From positions 6,534 through 70,533 of the forward strand of contig JANRKU010000016.1 of assembly GCA_033763335.1 (NCBI GenBank): a stretch of DNA of 64,000 nucleotides, given 5' to 3'. The notes under the pieces are model-generated. The model was not told the origin of the DNA. It did no database searches and worked only from the letters and a program-made list of their open reading frames with translations. The DNA is from a bacterium. Its GTDB lineage: Bacteria > Chloroflexota > Anaerolineae > Aggregatilineales > Phototrophicaceae. Below are positions 27,782 through 36,214 of the stretch, piece by piece (position 1 is the stretch's first letter; each line of letters opens with the position of its first letter). The position numbers were made by a program, and so were the translations under genes.

Positions 27782-28792
27782 ATGCAACAAACTGCGATTA
27801 CTGTCGAGCATATTACCAAAACGTATGGGACTTTCAAAGCGGTAGATAACCTATCATTTGATGTGCGTCCGGGTGAAATTTTTGCCATGCTCGGACCAAA
27901 TGGCGCGGGCAAATCCACCACTATCCGTATGATTTTAGACATTCTAAGACCCGATACGGGCAAAATCACTGTTTTTAACGAAAAAATTAGTGATGAACTC
28001 AAACATCGCATTGGTTATTTGCCAGAAGAACGTGGCTTGTATCGTGAAGTCCCTGTCATTGAAGTGATGACCTATTTGGGGGCGCTCAAAGGGTTATCTC
28101 GCCCAGAAGCGAAAAAACGCTCCATGCTCCTACTAGAACAACTTGAACTAGCAGATAAAGCGAAAAAGAAAGTCAAAGAATTTAGCAAGGGGATGCAACA
28201 AAAAGTCCAATTCGCCGTGACCATCCTCCACGAGCCAGACCTCATCATCATAGATGAACCCTTTAGCGGATTAGACCCCGTGAATACCCAACTCATCAAG
28301 GGTATGGTCAAAGACCTCAAACAAAAAGGTACAGCCATTGTGATGAGTTCTCATGAAATGTTCCAAGTCGAAGAAATGGCAGACCGCCTGCTCATGGTGA
28401 ATCGTGGCAAATTGGCGCTTTATGGCGAAGTGGATGAAGTTCGCAGACGCTATGCCATTCACGGCATCATCGTAGAAGGCTCTGGGGATTGGGCGCAATT
28501 AAAGGGCGTAGAAAAGGTCGAAGCCGCCAGCAATAGCCGTAATGGGATGTTTCTCCACCTCAACCCTGCTATTAGTACCGATGCGGTACTCGCAGAAATC
28601 GCCAGCAATAGTGCCTATCACATCACCAAATTTGAACAAGCTGTGCCAAGCCTCAATGACATTTTTATCACGGTTGCGGGTGAACGACCAGAAGATATTG
28701 AAGCCGAACACAAAGAAAAGATAAGCACCAGCACCAATAAAGTGGTGAAACGCGGGTTATTGGGACGTTCAGCAAATGCAAGTACCAAATAA
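27782..28792 (+). CDS. ABC transporter ATP-binding protein (ABC-2/NatA-like)
   Basis: Walker A GPNGAGKST, signature FSKGMQQK, Walker B LIIIDEPFSGLD. AAGGAG lies 6 nt upstream of the ATG. Confidence 0.9.
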   Translation: MQQTAITVEHITKTYGTFKAVDNLSFDVRPGEIFAMLGPNGAGKSTTIRMILDILRPDTGKITVFNEKISDELKHRIGYLPEERGLYREVPVIEVMTYLGALKGLSRPEAKKRSMLLLEQLELADKAKKKVKEFSKGMQQKVQFAVTILHEPDLIIIDEPFSGLDPVNTQLIKGMVKDLKQKGTAIVMSSHEMFQVEEMADRLLMVNRGKLALYGEVDEVRRRYAIHGIIVEGSGDWAQLKGVEKVEAASNSRNGMFLHLNPAISTDAVLAEIASNSAYHITKFEQAVPSLNDIFITVAGERPEDIEAEHKEKISTSTNKVVKRGLLGRSANASTK

Positions 28793-28805
28793 AGGATGAT
28801 GGCTA

Positions 28806-30077
28806 ATGTCTAAAATTTTAGAAATTGCTAAGCGAGAATACCTGTATAACCTTCGCAAACCATCCTTCTTATTTGCCGCCTTTGGCACGCCACTCATCAT
28901 CATTTTTACATGGATTTTGGTGTTTGCGGGCATGGGTAGCCAATCAGAGCCAGAACCCCTCACCCAAGTGGGGATGGTAGATTTGGTGGGGATAATTGAC
29001 CCCACTGTGACCGTAGACAATGTAACCATGACGGTCATCCCCTATACAGATGAGGCAACCGCCCGCGCCGATTTGGATGAGAAACGCCTAGAAGCCTATT
29101 TTGTCTTGCCAGAGGGGTTTAAGACGAGTGGCATATTGCCCATTTATTCATATCAAGAAGTACCATCGAGTTTGCAGGGTGATATTCGCAGATTGATTGT
29201 GGGCAATATTCGGTCACAATCCCAAGTAGATATGCCCCTAGACCGCATTTTAGTCCCTGTCAACGAGATGACCATTCAAATTCTCGACTCTGGGCGCACG
29301 ATTAATGAGGCGGGTATTGTATTCACCTTTTTAGCCCCATTCTTCTTTTCGTTGCTATTCTGGATTTCAATGCAAACCACCGGCAATTTTTTGATGAATG
29401 GGTTAGTAGAAGAAAAGAAAAATCGGATTATCGAAATTCTTGTGACCACCGTCACCCCTACCCAATTGCTAACAGGCAAAATTATCGGGCTTGGATTGCT
29501 GGGCTTAACCCAAGTCGGGTTATGGCTTAGTGTGGCATTATTAGCGATTACCTTTGGTCCACAAATCGAGTTTTTAGAGGGGTTGGGCAATGTTCAATTA
29601 CCCGCCGACCTCATCATCTCCGGATTTTTGTTTTTTGGCATGGGCTATCTGTTTAATGCCAGTTTGCTCGCAGGGGCGGGTGTTTTGGCGGGAACAGAAC
29701 AACAAAGCGCCCAATACAGCGCATTGATTTTGATGCCCGGTTATTTGCCACCCGTCTTTCTGATTATCGAATTTATCTCCAATACCAACGGACCAACTGC
29801 CACCTTGCTTTCAATGATTCCCTTCACCGCCCCACTGTCTATGGTCATGCGGATTGGGTTTGGTGCTGTGCCGATTGAGCAAATCCTTCTCAGTTTGGGC
29901 ATTTTGGCGCTATCTACCCTCATCGTAAGTTGGGCATCGGGTAAAGTATTCCGTTGGGGCTTATTGCTCTATGGCAAAAAAATCAACCTACGAGAATTAC
30001 TCGGTGTCGTGGCATCGCGCAAGGTGACTTACGCCACCTCTGCCACCTTATCAGAATCTGGGCGAGGAGCAGAATAA
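28806..30077 (+). CDS. ABC-2 family transporter permease (NatB-like)
   Basis: TM1, a large external loop, the motif EEKKNRIIEIL, then about 5 TM helices. It lies 13 nt after the ATPase gene. Confidence 0.75.
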   Translation: MSKILEIAKREYLYNLRKPSFLFAAFGTPLIIIFTWILVFAGMGSQSEPEPLTQVGMVDLVGIIDPTVTVDNVTMTVIPYTDEATARADLDEKRLEAYFVLPEGFKTSGILPIYSYQEVPSSLQGDIRRLIVGNIRSQSQVDMPLDRILVPVNEMTIQILDSGRTINEAGIVFTFLAPFFFSLLFWISMQTTGNFLMNGLVEEKKNRIIEILVTTVTPTQLLTGKIIGLGLLGLTQVGLWLSVALLAITFGPQIEFLEGLGNVQLPADLIISGFLFFGMGYLFNASLLAGAGVLAGTEQQSAQYSALILMPGYLPPVFLIIEFISNTNGPTATLLSMIPFTAPLSMVMRIGFGAVPIEQILLSLGILALSTLIVSWASGKVFRWGLLLYGKKINLRELLGVVASRKVTYATSATLSESGRGAE

Positions 30078-30078
30078 C

Positions 30079-31311
30079 ATGGGACGTTCATTTTGGAGTG
30101 TATTCAATTACGAAATTCTCCGTACCATCAAGAAAAAAGGCTTTTTGTTTAGTCTGTTTGGGTTGCCCCTTTTGGGCTTGATATTGGTCGCCATCCTTCG
30201 CCTTTCCACAGGCAACGCAGACCCCACCCAACAATTGCTGGAATTGGCATTTGATACTGAAGGGGTCAACAAAGCAGGCTATATAGATGAATCTGGCTTA
30301 TTTCCAGAAGTCGGAAATTTGGCTCAAGGTGTCATGATTCGGTTTGAGGACGAAGCCAGCGCCCGTTCTGCATTAGACGCAGGCGAAATCAATGTCTATT
30401 ACATCATCCCCGCCGATTATGTCGAAACAGGCAATGTCCAAAGTATTTTGCCCAGTTTTTCGCTATCGGCTATAACAGCCAGCCCGTTACGGATGTTATT
30501 TTTTAGCCAAATTGGAGAAAAGGTAGACCAAGAGAATTTGACGCTTCTGGGCGCATCTCCCAATTTCCAAGTGACGAAACTGGAAACAGAAGCAACCGAC
30601 CAAGTGATTAATGAGGATAACAGAACCTCGGCAGTGTCATTATTTGCCATCTTGTTCATCTTTGCCCTCTTTGGCACCAATGGCTACCTCATGCAAACCG
30701 TCATTGAGGAAAAAGAAACGCGCCTCATCGAAATTTTGCTGTCATCTGTCACCCCATTCTCTTTGTTGACAGGTAAAATTTTGGCGTTGGGTGTGTTGGG
30801 ATTATTCCAATTGGTGGTCTATATCGCCTCACTGCTGATTGGTGTTACGATTTTTGGTGGCAATCTCGATTTTGTCAGCTCATTGAACCTCTCGGTAGAG
30901 ACAATCGCTATTTTGGTGATTTATTTCCTGCTCGGATACCTATTCTTTGCGGCGGCATTTGGCGCGGTGGGGGCATTATCCACATCCATCACCGAAGGTC
31001 CTGCATTGGCAACGGTGTTCATTTTGCCCGCCATGATACCCTTGTTCTTCACCTCGTTATTCGCAGAAAATCCCAGTGGGAGCTTTGCTACTTTTATGAG
31101 CCTGTTCCCCCTCACCTCTCCCATGGCGATGGTTATGCGGACAAGTATTATTGATGTCCCGATTACCGAATTGGTGTTGAGCATCGGCATTTTGGCGGTG
31201 TCTGTGGCGGGGATGTTATGGTTTGCGGCGCGTCTTTTCCGCGAACATACCCTCCTAGCGGGTGCTGGCTTCAAATTGCGCGATATTCCAAAATTGGTTT
31301 TTGGGAAGTAA
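30079..31311 (+). CDS. ABC-2 family transporter permease (NatB-like), paralog
   Basis: Same architecture as the preceding permease, with motif EEKETRLIEIL. It starts 1 nt after the preceding stop. Confidence 0.75.
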   Translation: MGRSFWSVFNYEILRTIKKKGFLFSLFGLPLLGLILVAILRLSTGNADPTQQLLELAFDTEGVNKAGYIDESGLFPEVGNLAQGVMIRFEDEASARSALDAGEINVYYIIPADYVETGNVQSILPSFSLSAITASPLRMLFFSQIGEKVDQENLTLLGASPNFQVTKLETEATDQVINEDNRTSAVSLFAILFIFALFGTNGYLMQTVIEEKETRLIEILLSSVTPFSLLTGKILALGVLGLFQLVVYIASLLIGVTIFGGNLDFVSSLNLSVETIAILVIYFLLGYLFFAAAFGAVGALSTSITEGPALATVFILPAMIPLFFTSLFAENPSGSFATFMSLFPLTSPMAMVMRTSIIDVPITELVLSIGILAVSVAGMLWFAARLFREHTLLAGAGFKLRDIPKLVFGK

Positions 31312-31332
31312 ACCCGTTTTACCTATAAACAC

Positions 31333-31360
31333 GTAAGGGCGCAACCTGTTGCGCCCTTAC
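31333..31360. repeat. REP-like palindrome, family 2 (GTAAGGGCGCAAC-N-GTTGCGCCCTTAC)
   Basis: GTAAGGGCGCAACCTGTTGCGCCCTTAC, 21 nt after the permease stop. Related copies occur at 54530, 43002, 19094 and, in degenerate form, 39428. Confidence 0.8.
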
Positions 31361-31379
31361 ATGTTACCCGCTTATTCGT

Positions 31380-31407
31380 GTAGGGGCTTGCCATGGCAAG
31401 CCCCTAC
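31380..31407. repeat. REP-like palindrome, family 1
   Basis: GTAGGGGCTTGCCATGGCAAGCCCCTAC is a perfect 28-nt palindrome, 25 nt 3' of the glgP stop. Confidence 0.8.
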
Positions 31408-31432
31408 GATAGAAAATACCATTTCTACACAC

Positions 31433-34024
31433 CTACGCCCATGTAATCAGATGGGGTTGGAATGGCGTGGTCAACAATTCATGTTGGGGTAAAATCCGCA
31501 CCGAAATGCCTCTATCACCACTCGCCACGCATTTAATTTGTGCCTTAAAGGTATAGACAGCGCCTTCAGCTTTGCCATTCGCTTTCATCTCAACCGCTTC
31601 GCTGGTGGTATCGTTGATTTGTCCGCGCAGGTCGAGTGTGCCATAGTACAATTCCACACGCACACTTTCGGGCTTCAAATCGCCCAAATTCACCGTAGCA
31701 GAGACTTCGATACTCTCATCTACCTTAACCTCTTGGTCAGATACCGTCACCGATTGCACCTTAATCTTGCCCCACACCTTATTAAGGTTCATACGCCAGT
31801 CAGCAAATTGCTTGGCGACCTCATTCTCTGGTGATTTCATCTTGCGGGTGAGGTCAAACAAGGGCATATAATATTTTTCGGTGTATTCTTGTACCATACG
31901 GCGTGTATTGAAGATGGGTGCAAGGTGCTTCATAGAAGCCTTCACCTTATCGAGCCATTCACGGGGCAGACCATCACGTCCACGATTATAAAATGTTGGG
32001 ATGAGGTCATTTTCTAGCACATTCAACAAGGCTTGGGCTTCAATACGGTCTTGATGTTCCCAATTTTCCTCATCATATTCTTCGCCATTGCCAATTGCCC
32101 AACCAACCTTAGACCCAAAATCGGAATAGGCTTCTGCCCACCAGCCGTCAAGGATGCTAAAATTTAAGCCACCGTTATAGATGACTTTCATGCCACTGGT
32201 GCCACTGGCTTCTTTGGGGCGGCGGGGATTATTGAGCCAAATATCCACCCCTTGCACCAAATAACGCGCAACGAGCATGTCATAATTTTCTAGGAACACA
32301 ATTTTATGACGGAATTCTGGCAGATGTGCCACACGGACAATTTCACGGATAAAGGCTTTACCCGGTTCATCATGGGGATGTGCCTTACCTGCAAAAATGA
32401 ACTGCACAGGGCGGTCAGCATCATTCACGAGACGGTTAAACCGTTCTAAATCTTCAAATATCAATGTGGCGCGTTTATAAGTCGCAAAACGCCGCGCAAA
32501 ACCGATGGTGAGCGTATCTGGATTTAGCACTTCTTGGGCTTCTTCAATTTCGGATTGAGGCGCACCACGGCGAATCAATTGTTGATGTAGGCGTTGACGG
32601 GCAAATGCCACCAGCCGTTCCCGACGACGTTCATGGGTACGCCATAATTCACCCCCCGGAATGTGGTCAACGGCTTCCCAAATAGCGGGGTCAGCTTCGT
32701 TGGTGCGCCATTCTGGGCTAAGATAACGGTCAAATAACCCACTCATCTCACCGCTCACCCATGTCATCATGTGAATACCATTGGTGATAGAATCAATCGG
32801 CACTTCTTTTTCTGGCACATCGGGATAGACATAATTCCACATCTCGCGGGAAACACGTCCGTGTAATTTTGCCACACCATTCGCCCCAGAAGAGCAATTG
32901 AGCGCCAAAAGTGCCATTGAGAACAATTGATATGTCCCCATGTCCTCACGCCCCAAATCAATAAATTGTTCGCGGGTGAGTCCCAATTGGCGCATGAAGT
33001 CGGTGAAATGTTCGTCAATCAAATCGAACCCAAAACGCTCCAACCCAGCAGGTACAGGGGTATGGGTGGTGAACATATTCGATAATTTTGAAATTTCTTT
33101 TGCCTGCCAAAAATTCAGCCCGTGTTCAGTCATCAATTGGCGAATCCGTTCCAACGCCAAAAATGCCGAGTGACCTTCGTTCATGTGGCAAACGGTGGGG
33201 CGCAATCCGAGCGCATCTAATACACGGATACCACCGATACCCACCAAAATTTCTTGGCGAATACGGGTGCGTTTATCACCACCATACAAACGGTCGGTTA
33301 GGATACGGTCATCTGCGCGGGGATTATCATCAATATTGGTATCGAGCAAATAAAGCGCCACACGTCCCACTTGCACTTTCCATACTTGGGCGTATAACTG
33401 ACGACCCGGGAGGGATACATTGATTTTGATGGGGTTGCCTTCACCATCGCGTTGGAGGCTGATGGGAAGTGTGGAGAAATCGTTGATGGGGTACAATTCT
33501 TGTTGATACCCATCGGCATTGAGATATTGTTGAAAATATCCCTCTTGATAGAGTAACCCAACGCCCACTAAGGGAATTCCCAAGTCGCTGGCACTCTTGA
33601 GATGGTCGCCACTCAAAATTCCCAAACCACCCGAATAATTTTGCAAACATTCGGTCAAACCAAATTCCATCGAAAAATAAGCAAGAAGTGGGCGAGCAAC
33701 ACCCTTATAGTTTTTCTCGTACCATTTATCAAACCATGTATTTTTTGCCCCCATATACTCATCAAAAGAGGCTAAAACCCGATTATAATTTGCCATGAAT
33801 GCCGCATCTTTTTGTACCGCATCCAACCGTTCCTGACTCACCAATCCCAACATCCGTACAGGGTTGCGCCCTACCGAAAGCCACAAATCGTTATCTATCC
33901 GCGCAAATAAGCGTGCGGTTTCATAATCCCATGCCCAGCGCAAGTTATGCGCCAGTTCTTGAAGCCGTGCTAATTTTTTTGGAATATCTGGCACGACATT
34001 AATGGTTGCTACAGGTTTTACCAT
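31433..34024 (-). CDS. glgP: alpha-glucan phosphorylase (GT35, DUF3417-type)
   Basis: N-terminus KKLARLQELAHNLRWAWD. PLP-lysine motif EASGTSGMKVIYNGGLNFSILDGWW. Confidence 0.9.
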   Translation of the reverse strand: MVKPVATINVVPDIPKKLARLQELAHNLRWAWDYETARLFARIDNDLWLSVGRNPVRMLGLVSQERLDAVQKDAAFMANYNRVLASFDEYMGAKNTWFDKWYEKNYKGVARPLLAYFSMEFGLTECLQNYSGGLGILSGDHLKSASDLGIPLVGVGLLYQEGYFQQYLNADGYQQELYPINDFSTLPISLQRDGEGNPIKINVSLPGRQLYAQVWKVQVGRVALYLLDTNIDDNPRADDRILTDRLYGGDKRTRIRQEILVGIGGIRVLDALGLRPTVCHMNEGHSAFLALERIRQLMTEHGLNFWQAKEISKLSNMFTTHTPVPAGLERFGFDLIDEHFTDFMRQLGLTREQFIDLGREDMGTYQLFSMALLALNCSSGANGVAKLHGRVSREMWNYVYPDVPEKEVPIDSITNGIHMMTWVSGEMSGLFDRYLSPEWRTNEADPAIWEAVDHIPGGELWRTHERRRERLVAFARQRLHQQLIRRGAPQSEIEEAQEVLNPDTLTIGFARRFATYKRATLIFEDLERFNRLVNDADRPVQFIFAGKAHPHDEPGKAFIREIVRVAHLPEFRHKIVFLENYDMLVARYLVQGVDIWLNNPRRPKEASGTSGMKVIYNGGLNFSILDGWWAEAYSDFGSKVGWAIGNGEEYDEENWEHQDRIEAQALLNVLENDLIPTFYNRGRDGLPREWLDKVKASMKHLAPIFNTRRMVQEYTEKYYMPLFDLTRKMKSPENEVAKQFADWRMNLNKVWGKIKVQSVTVSDQEVKVDESIEVSATVNLGDLKPESVRVELYYGTLDLRGQINDTTSEAVEMKANGKAEGAVYTFKAQIKCVASGDRGISVRILPQHELLTTPFQPHLITWA

Positions 34025-34349
34025 GAACTAGAAGCTCCTGTTTCATCTTAAATACATCCCTTTTTGTGTGTGAATCAATCATAACCACACAAAAATCGTC
34101 TCAAGCATAGCGTGTTTGGGGCATGTTCGCTAGTTCAAACTGTACAATTTGGGGTGATATTAGGGTGATATTTGGCACTTTTTGAGGGTAAAACCCTAGC
34201 CAAAAATACAGGTTTCATCATTTTTGGCATTGCAACGCTAAAAATCGCTATATCATGCCACCACACCCCATGAAAACGATTCCAATTATACAATGTCGTC
34301 ATTGTGGGATAATTTGTGATAAATTTCTCTTTTAAGCCCACTCATATGT

Positions 34350-34358
34350 TGATACAAT
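34350..34358 (+). promoter_or_regulatory. candidate extended -10 element (TGATACAAT) for the CBM48 gene
   Basis: The TGnTACAAT pattern lies 63 nt upstream of the ATG at 34421. The -35 is weak (TTTTAA). Confidence 0.3.
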
Positions 34359-34420
34359 GAGTAATAGAGGGATTGCGAACAGGCATCCACGCACTGTCAA
34401 AGTAGACTAAGGAGTAACAC

Positions 34421-34720
34421 ATGCTAAAAAAACAAAGTGTCGAAAAAGGCAAGTTTATCAAAGTGACCTTCTACACCCATGCCATCAAAGAAGCCACTAC
34501 CGCTTTTTTAGTCGGTGATTTCAACGAATGGAACGAAACCTCTCATCCAATGGAAAAACTCAAGGACGGGCGTTTTAGCCTTGCCATTAAAGTGGCACCG
34601 GGCAAAGACTACCAATTCCGTTATTTAATTAATGGCGAATGGCACAATGATTGGGAAGCCGATAAATATGTGGCAAATCCCTTTAGCGGTGATAATTCAG
34701 TTGTGACTGCCAACGCATAG
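34421..34720 (+). CDS. stand-alone glycogen-binding module (CBM48 / AMPK-beta-like) protein, 99 aa
   Basis: FLVGDFNEWNETSHPMEKLKDGRFSLAIKVAPGKDYQFRYLINGEWHNDW. AAGGAG lies 8 nt upstream of the ATG. Confidence 0.7.
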   Translation: MLKKQSVEKGKFIKVTFYTHAIKEATTAFLVGDFNEWNETSHPMEKLKDGRFSLAIKVAPGKDYQFRYLINGEWHNDWEADKYVANPFSGDNSVVTANA

Positions 34721-34750
34721 AAATATCCCCACCCCTACCCCATTATAACC

Positions 34751-34849
34751 GTAAGGGCGGACATACGCGCCAAAAGGCGCTAGTACCGCCCCTACTCATA
34801 AACAGGCAAAATGTAGTGGCGGACTAACGCGAAGCGTGTATGTCCGCCA
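34751..34849. terminator. two tandem GC-rich hairpins (third palindrome family) between convergent genes
   Basis: H1 is GTAAGGGCGGACATACGCGCC-AAAA-GGCGCTAGTACCGCCCCTAC (34751-34795). H2 is TGGCGGACTAACGC-GAA-GCGTGTATGTCCGCCA (34817-34849). Confidence 0.5.
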
Positions 34850-34866
34850 TAAACAAAATACCATCT

Positions 34867-36126
34867 TTATTTCCGTTTATAACCTACATGCGTTCCGTTG
34901 GGGATGACTTTATTTTCAAATGGCTTAAATTGGGCAGGGTTCAAATCTGGACCCAAAATCACATTGCGTCCAACCGTAAAGCCCGCAGGCACATGCGTAT
35001 TTTTACCCACACAGGTGATGCCCAAATCGCCACCATTTTCAATCCGCCCAACACGAGCGCCCTGACGCACCACCGCGATTTTATCCATAATACAGCGTTC
35101 TACCACTGCCCCTGCTTCGACATAGGCATCATTGAGCAAAATGGATTCGCGCACCACAGCGCCCGGTCCAATATAGACACCCGGTGATAAAACCGAGCGT
35201 TCTACAATCGCGCCATCGGCAATTGTCGTGCCATCGGTGATAAGGCTATCCCGAATAATGGCGTTATTATGAATCCGTACAGGTGGGCGTTCTTCACTCT
35301 TGGTATGAATAACCCATGTACGGTCATTAAGGTTCATGGATGGGGGTGCTTGCAACAAATCCATGTGGGCTTCCCAATAGGCATCAATCGTCCCCACATC
35401 AATCCAATACCCGCCATAAGGATAGGCATAGACATTCATATTGTCTGTGACCATGTTGGGGATAATATCCTTGCCAAAATCGTGACTAGACCCGCTATCG
35501 GCATGGTCTTTGGCGAGCATTTCTTCTAATACGCTATAGGAGAATACATACACACCCATGCTGGCGAGGTTGCTGGGGGGATTTTTTGGTTTTTCGACAA
35601 AATCGGTCACGCGATAATTTTCATCTGTCGCCAAAATGCCAAAGCGATGGGCTTCATCCAATGGCACACGAATCGTACACACGGTGCAATCGGCACCCTT
35701 TTCGCGGTGGAATTGCACCAATACATCGTAATCCATCTGATAAATATGGTCTCCAGACAGGATAAGCACATATTCTGGGCGACCATTCCGCACAAAGTTC
35801 ATATTTTGAATGACGGCATCGGCTGTGCCTGCATACCAATCGGTATCAAAATATCCCTTATAGGGTTGTAAAATCTGAACACCACCTGTAAAGGTGCGGT
35901 CTAAGTCCCATGGGCGACCCCGCGCAATATGGTCAATGAGGCTATGAGGACGATATTGGGTGAGGATGAGGACATCAAATATGCCCGAATTCACACAATT
36001 GCTGAGGGTAAAATCTATAATGCGATATTTTCCCCCAAAGGGTACGGCGGGCTTGGCTCTTTTTGCGGTCAGGGTTGCCAAGCGCGTCCCTTCCCCACCT
36101 GCTAAAATAACTGCTTTGATTTTCAT
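34867..36126 (-). CDS. glgC: glucose-1-phosphate adenylyltransferase
   Basis: LAGGEGTRLATLTAKRAKPAVPFGGKYRIIDFTLSN, plus C-terminal left-handed beta-helix repeats. Confidence 0.93.
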   Translation of the reverse strand: MKIKAVILAGGEGTRLATLTAKRAKPAVPFGGKYRIIDFTLSNCVNSGIFDVLILTQYRPHSLIDHIARGRPWDLDRTFTGGVQILQPYKGYFDTDWYAGTADAVIQNMNFVRNGRPEYVLILSGDHIYQMDYDVLVQFHREKGADCTVCTIRVPLDEAHRFGILATDENYRVTDFVEKPKNPPSNLASMGVYVFSYSVLEEMLAKDHADSGSSHDFGKDIIPNMVTDNMNVYAYPYGGYWIDVGTIDAYWEAHMDLLQAPPSMNLNDRTWVIHTKSEERPPVRIHNNAIIRDSLITDGTTIADGAIVERSVLSPGVYIGPGAVVRESILLNDAYVEAGAVVERCIMDKIAVVRQGARVGRIENGGDLGITCVGKNTHVPAGFTVGRNVILGPDLNPAQFKPFENKVIPNGTHVGYKRK

Positions 36127-36214
36127 AATTTTCTCTCCATTATGTCCACGAATAATCGTGTCTCTATAAGTATATCCAGATTTAAGATGGGCAATAGCAT
36201 TTATGCCAACAGCA

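Noticed and set aside
34135-34341. A 68-aa minus-strand ORF in the glgP/CBM48 divergent intergenic region.
   Set aside because: I see no SD, the composition is atypical, and it lies in what looks like a promoter region. It is probably not coding.
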